Shown: in pieces, positions 56,455 through 64,000 of the stretch
Position numbering within the stretch: the first letter of the stretch is position 1
Layout: every line of letters begins with the position of its first letter
From: Blasia pusilla
Lineage: Eukaryota
Assembly: GCA_050084515.1 (NCBI GenBank)
Contig: CM114271.1
Location: 41,292,001-41,356,000, forward strand
Direction: 5' to 3'
Length of the DNA stretch: 64,000 nt
Program-made: the position numbers and the translations under genes
The notes under the pieces: generated by a model
Database searches by the model: none
What the model was told of the DNA's origin: nothing
What the model saw: the letters and a program-made list of their open reading frames with translations, nothing else

Positions 56455-57885
56455 TCCTGAACCCTAAAAATCGTCTCCCATTTCTTCTTTGACTATGGAA
56501 GCGATAATGGCAGATCTAAACCGTTGAAAATTGCAACGCATTTAATTCAAACACATGTTCCAAGTTTCAACACCATCCAATGGTTGGAACAAAACATACC
56601 TCAATGTCAACATGAAAATGAAACAAATACTTGAAACATTCCTACTCGGAGCCATCCTCTTCCGTCTTGACCCCTCATTTTCTTCCCTCCCCCTCAACCA
56701 GGGTTCCAAAAATCATGTAAATTTTCCCGAAGACGCACTCCAAGCCCAGTAACACAAGGGAAAAATCAAAACTTAAAATGATCATCCGCACATGAAAATA
56801 AACATCGTAAACCCTAGAAATGGTCTCTTAATTTTTATTTTAGTATAGAAGCCAATAAAGCAGATCTGAACCGTTGAAGTTTGCAAGAGATTTAATTCAA
56901 AGGCATGTGCCACGTTTCAACACCATCCAATGGTTGGGACAAAAGATACCTCAATATGAGCATGAAAATGAAACAAACACTTGAAACATTCCTACTCGAA
57001 GCCATCCTCTTTCGTCTTGACCCATTGTTTTCTTCCCTCCCCTCAACCAGGGTTCCAAAAATCATGAAACTTTTTCCAAAGAGGAAATCCAAGCCCAAGA
57101 ACACAAGGGAAAAATCAAAACTTAAAATGACCATCCACACATGAAAATAAAAATCGTAGACCCTAAAAATGGTCTCTTAATTTTTATTTAAGTATAGAAG
57201 CCAATAGAGCAGATCTAAATCGTTGAAATTTGCAAGAGATTTAATTCAAAGGCATGTGCCACGTTTCAACACCATCCAATGGTTGGGACAAAAGATACCA
57301 CAATATGAACATGAAAATGAAACAAACACTTGAAACATTCCTACTCGGAGCCATCCTCTTCTGTCTTGACCCCTCATTTTCTTCCCTTCCCCTCAACCAG
57401 GGTTCCAAAAATCATGTAATTTTTCCCGAAGACGCACTCCAAGCCCAGTAACACAAGGGAAAAATCAAAACTTAAAATGACCATCCGCACATGAAAATAA
57501 AAATCGTAAACCCTAGAAATGGTCTCTTAATTTTTATTTTAGTATAGAAGCCAATAAAGCAGATCTGAACCGTTGAAGTTTGCAAGAGATTTAATTCAAA
57601 GGCATGTGCCACGTTTCAACACCATCAAATGGTTGGGACAAAAGATACCTCAATATGAACATGAAATTGAAACAAACACTTGAAACATTCCTACTCGAAG
57701 CCATCCTCTCTCGTCTTGACCCCTCGTTTTCTTCCTTACCCCTCAACCAGGGTTCAAAAAATCATAAAGTTTTTTCCCAAAAAGGCACTCCAAGCCCAAG
57801 AACACAAGAGAAAAATCAAAACTTAAAATGACCACCCACACATGAAAATAAAAACCGTAAACCCTAAATTTGGTCTCCTATTTTT
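56455..57885. repeat. Subterminal tandem repeat, about 4 units of 349-350 bp, arranged A-B-A-B
   Basis: Equivalent positions at 56555, 56905, 57254 and 57604. Confidence 0.95.
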
Positions 57886-58089
57886 TTATCTGCCCCTTAC
57901 TTCCTTGAACATCTTCCATGAACAAACAAATAATTAATAATGCCCTTTTATTATTATAAGTGTTACCCTATATTAAAAAATACCCTTAAGTTCTTCCACA
58001 AAACTTTATAAGTCTTCCTGAAATCGAATTAAAAACCCTATACTTTGTAAATGACGTGATAGGTCTCTTCCGTGGAAGTGAGACCCCAG

Positions 58090-59541
58090 TTTCACCTCAC
58101 ACACAAAGATGGTTTTGAGACCCTTCTCCACATGGTCGTAAACGCGTGTGCACCCATGGTCAACCATCCATTTAACACCCTGTAGCAAATACCAAAGCTA
58201 ACCTAGCTCCCAAATAGATCTTCTCTCTCCCTCATTCTGTCAATAAGATCGAGGCCGCTAGACGGCCTTGTAATAGATATTTTGAAGATAAAATCTCTAG
58301 ATCCTCACCTCCTTGGCCCATGAACGCCATCTCTGAATGAATGGAAACAAAGTGAGTTGGCCTTGATCTTGGCAATGACATTCACCTTCGCGGTCTTTCC
58401 ATCAAGTATTCGTATTTGACGCAAAGAGTTCTTGAAGCTTTGAGGATCTGCCAAGAATGCTAGATTTTCCCACAGTTGTTTCTCCTCAACTGCCGTGATC
58501 TCCCCTTGGTCAGGAATACCCAATAATTGTTCATAAATTTGTGATGCAGTTGTCAATTTGATCACTCTGGGCTTTGATCGTGGAGAATATTTGTACACCT
58601 GGCCACTTTGTTTGCCACATCCTCCTTGATGTGGCTTTGAATTGCACCCGTGACAAGATGAGTTTGAGACCCAACATGAATTTCCAACCTTGTGTACTCG
58701 GACGTAGAACTGTAGTGGTGCATTATGAAAAAATATAATCTTGACACGCTCTAACACAAAAAGGGCAGGCTTGATAATGAGGACATCGATGGCTACCCGA
58801 CGGTATGGTCGTATCCACGGCGTAAAGAGTTTCTGAAATTTTGGGGGGGAATTATGACGTATTCACTACTCCGTTCCGCTCAAGGAAGGGGCATCCTGGA
58901 CTTCTATACTCTAAGGCTCCAATGCATTGGCGACGAGATACAATCCAAGGACCATCTGGGATTGAAGCGCTCGTCTGCTGTAGTCTGCACCATTGGTGAC
59001 AACCCGATTTTTGGTCCATACCCTTCAAGCGCCCTCCATCTTTCTTCTAAGCAGGACCCATAAGAGGAGGCAACTAAAAAATGCAGTTTCCATCATACCT
59101 TGCTTGAAGCTCATCCACGAGAATGTGCTTGAACAATTTCAAGTGAAGAGAAGAAAGCGAAGAATTCCCCGATACTCGAAGCAAGAATGAGTAAGCAGAT
59201 GTTGGGTCTAACAGGTTTCCAACAAATCCTATGAGATCGACGACATCCAAACTGTCCACATCTTCAACCGTATTGTTTGTAGCTTGTGAGTTTGGAGTTG
59301 ATGTTGGATCGGCCAAAGCAGCCGTGCCAAACGTGGAGCATGGAGCACTCAAAGTTTTCAGACCATCTTTATGAGTTGGAGAAGGCCTCAGAGGTAGGCC
59401 ATAATTAAACTCTGAATTGTCCATTGGAGTAGGGTAAGAGGTTCCACACTTTGGACCCTCCAATCTCTGGTTGGATAGTTTCATCAATGAGGTCATCCAT
59501 TCCATCAGCCTTGACATCCTTGGATACAAAGATGGATCCAA
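58090..59541 (-). pseudogene. N-terminal half of the MULE-like transposase
   Basis: YDGNCIF*LPP, RLKGMDQKSGCHQW, Cys/His-rich segment, then FIFKISITRPSSGLDLIDRMRE...GWLTMGAH.YDHVEKGLKTIFVCEVK ending exactly at the TSD. Confidence 0.72.
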
Positions 59542-59879
59542 TCTTGAGCAGAAATCGGAGTGTTCTTCAACAATTACATGAGTTTCACAAGGTTGGGCTC
59601 AAAATTATCTCCAATTGAGGAAGGGCCGCTACATGACTGCCACATGTGAGCTTCACATAATTGTCCATTTGGGTGAGAGACCACAGATATGATTCGCCGA
59701 GATAGGAGAATAAGAATAAGAATGTTGAATTTATAGTGAACAATGTCCTTTATACTCTAACAAAATATCTCTGACATACAATTGGTAGTTAGGTTGAACC
59801 ATCGCCAGTTGACTAGACTTGCCAGAAAGGAATATTTGGACATCCTTGCTCATGACATGGGAAAGATCTGCTAGGGGTC

Positions 59880-60560
59880 CTTCAACCCGTCAGAATCCGA
59901 CGGTTTGAATAGCTAGAGAGCCCGAAGGGCTGATTGTGGGAAATCTGCAACCCCTCTAAATTGGAAGGGTTGGAAGGGATAATTTAGGGAAATTGCAACC
60001 CGTTGAAGTCCGACGGGTTGGAAATCCTGAAGTAGGATGTCGATGGTATGACCCGTCAGAGTTGAATTGACGTGAGTTTGGCCCGTCGGATTTCGTCCGG
60101 TCATTTTGCAATCCGTCGGACTCTGACGGGTTGCCATTGCAAAGGTCCAAATGTCTTCAGGTCGGATTCTGAGGCTTCGTGGGAGCGGCACATGGAATCG
60201 TGCAACCCGTGGGGGTCCGACGGGTTGCAAAATGACCAGACGGTATTTCAAGATACTCTCGTGTAAGCCGTTGGAGTCTGAGGGGTTGCACAGGGACCAT
60301 TCTGCCTGACTCTTGCAACTCATCAAACTTCGACGCTTTGCAGGAGTTGGGTAGGATTGGCCCCCTGTCGGACTCCGATAGCTTGCACCAGTTTGGCAGG
60401 TTGGGTCCTGTACAACCCGTTGGAGTCCAAAGGGTTGCACGAACTAGGTAGGATGGACCTCGTGCAACCCTTCAGAGTCTGACGGGTTGCAAGTAGAGTC
60501 TCGAGCATATTGCCAAAGCGATGCTGTCGCAACCCGTCAAGCTCTGACGGGTTGCAGCCG
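59880..60560. repeat. Array of about 14 copies of the 29-bp palindrome between the two divergent genes
   Basis: Examples at 60201 (TGCAACCCGTGGGGGTCCGACGGGTTGCA), 60107, 60463 and 60528; roughly 50-60 bp periodicity. Confidence 0.9.
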
Positions 60561-60672
60561 GCCCACGTGAAACATGCACCGTAACGGTCCACTATCGTAC
60601 AACGGGTTGACGGTTGTTGTTACACCATCGGTTCACCGTCGCACCAACGGTCGAATCCAACGACTCCAAAAG

Positions 60673-60679
60673 TATATAA
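60673..60679 (+). promoter_or_regulatory. Candidate TATA box for the ParB/Srx-motif gene
   Basis: TATATAA followed by a pyrimidine-rich leader, about 250 bp upstream of the ATG at 60928. Confidence 0.4.
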
Positions 60680-60927
60680 GGACCAATTTCGAGGCTTTTC
60701 ATTTTTTTACATTCTATGGTTTTCAGCTCTGCTTTCAACTCCCTTGTTCAGGTGCCTACCAAAATTGACTTTCTAGTTCCTCAGACATTTTGATGGTTGG
60801 TCTTTGTCTCTTCATTTGCGGGCTACTACGGTTGGTGGCGATGGTTCGGATTGAATTGATTTCCTTTAGAGGTAATGACGATTCAAGACTAAACCACTCG
60901 CGCAATGTTCGATTATCGACTCTTTTC

Positions 60928-62118
60928 ATGATGACTCGCAAAAAATCCCAATCCAGCAAGGTTGGAAGCTTCTCTCCCAAGCCCGGTGGAACTCCCTCTT
61001 TAGGTGCGCGACGCTCAGCCACAGATATACGGTGCGAGGAAATCGAGGAGCGCGACAGGGAAATCGAGATGAGAAGTAGGAAATGGTAGTGAAGCAAGCT
61101 TTGTAGAAGCTCGGAAAGCAAGAGGCAAAGCGGGAAGCAAAAATTATGGAGGCGGAGAAGGCCGAGAAGAAACGCATGGAGGTTGAGATCAAGTAGAAGA
61201 AGAGGCAGGACGCGGCCTACCGAAAAGCCGAATTGGCAAAAGCTAGGAAGGAAAAGGTAGTGACTGTCAAAGAAGAACCCTCCCAACACCCATCGAGAGT
61301 GTCGAAATGGAGAATGTTTCATCCATGAGGTCGAGTGGTCCTATGCAAGAGACCAACACCGACGAGCTTCTAGAGATCAACAAGGAAGCTCTTAGAATCC
61401 CATGTGTTGAGATCATGGAGATCTCGGAAGGAGAAGGAGAAGAGTCTTTTGCGTCTCAAAACCTTGTTGAAGAATTTGAATTGCTCGCAATTGAAGAGTT
61501 TCCAATGGACTTGCCGGATGAGGCTCCAGAACAGCTCGCTGGACTTGACACATACCCAATTTTTGAGCGGGTAAGCATTGTTCTACAGTTCTCTTTGAAT
61601 TGCATTGCTTCCAATTGTAATGAAAATTAGAATTGACAATGGTGACATCCGCGTAGGTGATGAAGTAGATGGCAATGGTGGATGGCCCGAATGCCCCAAG
61701 GATTCCTCTCTGCTCACTCCAAACGATGGAATACGTTCAAGAAATCCAATCCGAGTAAGACATTGACAAGTTGAAGCAATATGTGGCAACTTCATATGTG
61801 GATAGCTTCCCACCTTTCTATGTTCAACCATATGATGAGCATGGAACCCAGGCTTTGGTAACCGAGGAAGACTTGGAGAGTCTGGATGCTTTTTGAAGAT
61901 TGAGGGTCGTGGATTTCTAGAAGGCAATAGCAAGAATGCAGTACAAGTGGATGCAAAACTTGTACTTCTTCATCTGGGATGGCAACCACAGATTCATGGC
62001 GTGGTCACAGTTTGTAGCCAAACTCCCTCGAGGCTCATTTTTGCGTGAGGAAGGTGGTCCTCCATCCCTACCCAAATCACATGGCCACGGTGGAAATGGG
62101 CATGCACTCAATGAACAT
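60928..62118 (+). pseudogene. Transposon accessory gene: K/E/R-rich coiled coil, acidic linker and ParB/Srx-like domain (3' part lost)
   Basis: GT-AG intron 61571-61656; exon 61657-62118 reads IPLCSLQTME...PFYVQP...YFFIWDGNHRFMAW (GxxRxxA box) with in-frame stops; donor GTAAGT at 62119. Confidence 0.6.
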
Positions 62119-62159
62119 GTAAGTATCTTGAAACTTTATTCCCGAATATATTACGGCTT

Positions 62160-62790
62160 CAACCCGTCGGACTCCCACGGGTTGATTCTTTAGTATTTAA
62201 AAAAAAAATCATTAGCGAGATCATGATCAGTAACCCGTCGGAATCCGACGGGTTGCAAGAGAAAGACTTCCCTGCCGTATTTGCAATCCGTCGGACTTCC
62301 ACGGATTGCATTTGACTTCCTTAATTGAGTTGTCTGGCAACTCGTCAGAGCCCAAAGGGTTGCACATACTCGAGTGGAGCCAACCCAATATGACTGCACC
62401 TGCAACCCGTTGGAGTCCGACGTGTTGCATATTTGGTGGGAAAGGCCCTCGTTTGAGTGGCCTTGCAACCCGTCAGAGTCCGACGGATTGCATGGCCACC
62501 CAAACAAGGAGTCATTCCTTAAAGATCATTCGAACCCGTCGGACTCTGACAGTTTGCAAAGCCCCTCAAACCAGCACCTTTCCTTCCCAATATGCAAGGT
62601 GTCCGACTCCAACGAGTTGCAAGGGTAGTCATAATGGGTTGGCTACACTCGAGTATGTGCAACCGGTCGGACTCCCACGAGTCGCAAGAGTGGGGATGTC
62701 TTGCAACCCGTCGGACTCCAACGGGTAACAAATCCATGCAAATCGGGACCTTTCGTACAGAATATGCAACCCGTCTGACTCCGACGGGAC
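62160..62790. repeat. Array of about 11 copies of the 29-bp palindrome, downstream of the donor site at 62119
   Basis: Examples at 62232 (AACCCGTCGGAATCCGACGGGTT, perfect), 62401, 62464 and 62702. Confidence 0.9.
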
Positions 62791-63469
62791 TTGGAAGAGA
62801 GGGTATAAATTTTGATTAGGCCAAAATATAAGGAGGAAATAACCATTTAGGGTTGGTAGAGTCTCATGAAGGAAATGAAAATTGAGGATGGAGTTGCCAA
62901 AATTAGTCTACGAAAATTGAAATGGACTTTGGTAAATAAGAGACCCTTAAAGTCATCCTTGAAACTCATTGGAGTCCCACACGTTGCAAGACATGAGAAG
63001 GGAAGCTAAGGCAAAGAAGCAACATCTCATGAAATCAGATCTTAATAAAGTATGGTTTGAATTCAATGGAGGAATGAGAGGGAACGCTTCTAATCTCATT
63101 TTTAGAAAGCAAGTGATCCATCTTTAGTATCCATTTATTATAGTTCTCCAATGAAGAAATTTCCTCCTTATGATACCTAAACCCTAAAATACCCTCATGC
63201 TTTAGTAAATCTGGCTTCCATAGAGAGTGATTTAAGCATGTCGAAATGGTCTTCACATTTTCAAATAAGTTTCTAGTCGGAAAAAATGATTATAGTTTGA
63301 GCCCCAACCCGGTTGACTAGTAACTCTCTTTTAAATATTTCTTCCATTTCAAGTATTGGAGAATATTAAAAAATAGAAGAAGGGTTTGAAGAGAGGTTAC
63401 GGATTTTTTCCTTTGCTTTGGAGAGAGACTCTACTCTCTTCATCTCTCCTACTAGAATACCAACCCCCG

Positions 63470-63850
63470 AGAGGCTGGCACATGGCATGTTTGACGCCAC
63501 CTCTTACTAGTGTTCCTCGATGACAATGGATGTGCCCCAGATGTATATAGATCAAGTGGATACTAGGTAGTGATAGATCCAGACTTGTGTTTGTGACATG
63601 GATGATAAGAAGGTAACTAACGATGAGGCCACATGAGCACCCGACCTTTTTGCTCTTAGCGTCCTCGAGATGTGTGTTATGATAGATAGAGAAAGATGGC
63701 TATCTTGAGTTTGAGGGATCTAACCAACAGCTAGGGGGGCGATGGGAGATATTTTATTACTCGATCATCTTGATGTTTGGATGCTATGAGTTAGTATGAT
63801 ATCTTGTCTGTTTCTGTGAGCATTTAGTGACGGTAATGTATGTTGTGCAT
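63470..63850 (+). mobile_element. Gypsy 3' fragment: PHD C-terminus, 3' UTR, PPT and LTR start
   Basis: GWHMACLTPPLTSVPR*QWMCPRCI*; 63590-63850 matches 2245-2500; AGCTAGGGGGGCGA at 63729-63742. Confidence 0.88.
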
Positions 63851-64000
63851 CATGTTAGGATTTAGAGTATGTGCACAATAATTGTCTCGTCTTTTATGAT
63901 GGATCAACGAGTTCACTGTAAGATGCGTTCAAGGATATTGGAGGACAACCTCAAAAGATCAAGGATAACCTATTTAGGCCTCCGTAATCTGAAAGAGCGA

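Noticed and set aside
56555-57831. Family of small repeated peptides (MCHVSTPSNGWDK...)
   Set aside because: Products of the 350-bp tandem repeat; frames and stops differ between units.
59880-62790. CRISPR array (palindromic ~29-bp repeats with 20-35 bp spacers)
   Set aside because: Eukaryotic intron-containing context, no cas genes, repeats too divergent, spacer lengths irregular, and some spacers are inverted copies of each other.

Overview
Repeat-dense plant nuclear DNA, probably a moss or other bryophyte (inferred from the protein families and intron style). There is one intact-looking host gene: a 12-exon P1B-2 Zn/Cd-type heavy-metal ATPase (HMA2/3/4-like) on the minus strand, about 21.2-29.6 kb. 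The rest is mostly nested, decayed transposons. (1) Several fragments of a Ty3/Gypsy family encode a DNMT3-like C5 cytosine methyltransferase directly upstream of RT-RNaseH-integrase, with a PHD finger at the integrase C-terminus. Three copies have TAG-CAR-CCA at the same DNMT/RT boundary, matching the plant readthrough consensus UAG-CAR-YYA. (2) A MULE-like transposase gene with a SWIM finger is paired with a divergent ParB/Srx-motif (DGNHR) gene; both carry arrays of a 29-bp palindrome in introns and in their shared upstream region. (3) A ~14.9-kb element with an 8-9 bp TSD and a P-element-like transposase splits the MULE gene; its transposase is itself broken by a 4.0-kb inversion with both junctions reconstructable. 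(4) A ~4.76-kb LINE with structured ends sits inside a (CT)n tract within that element. All family assignments come from reading motifs by eye, not from database searches.
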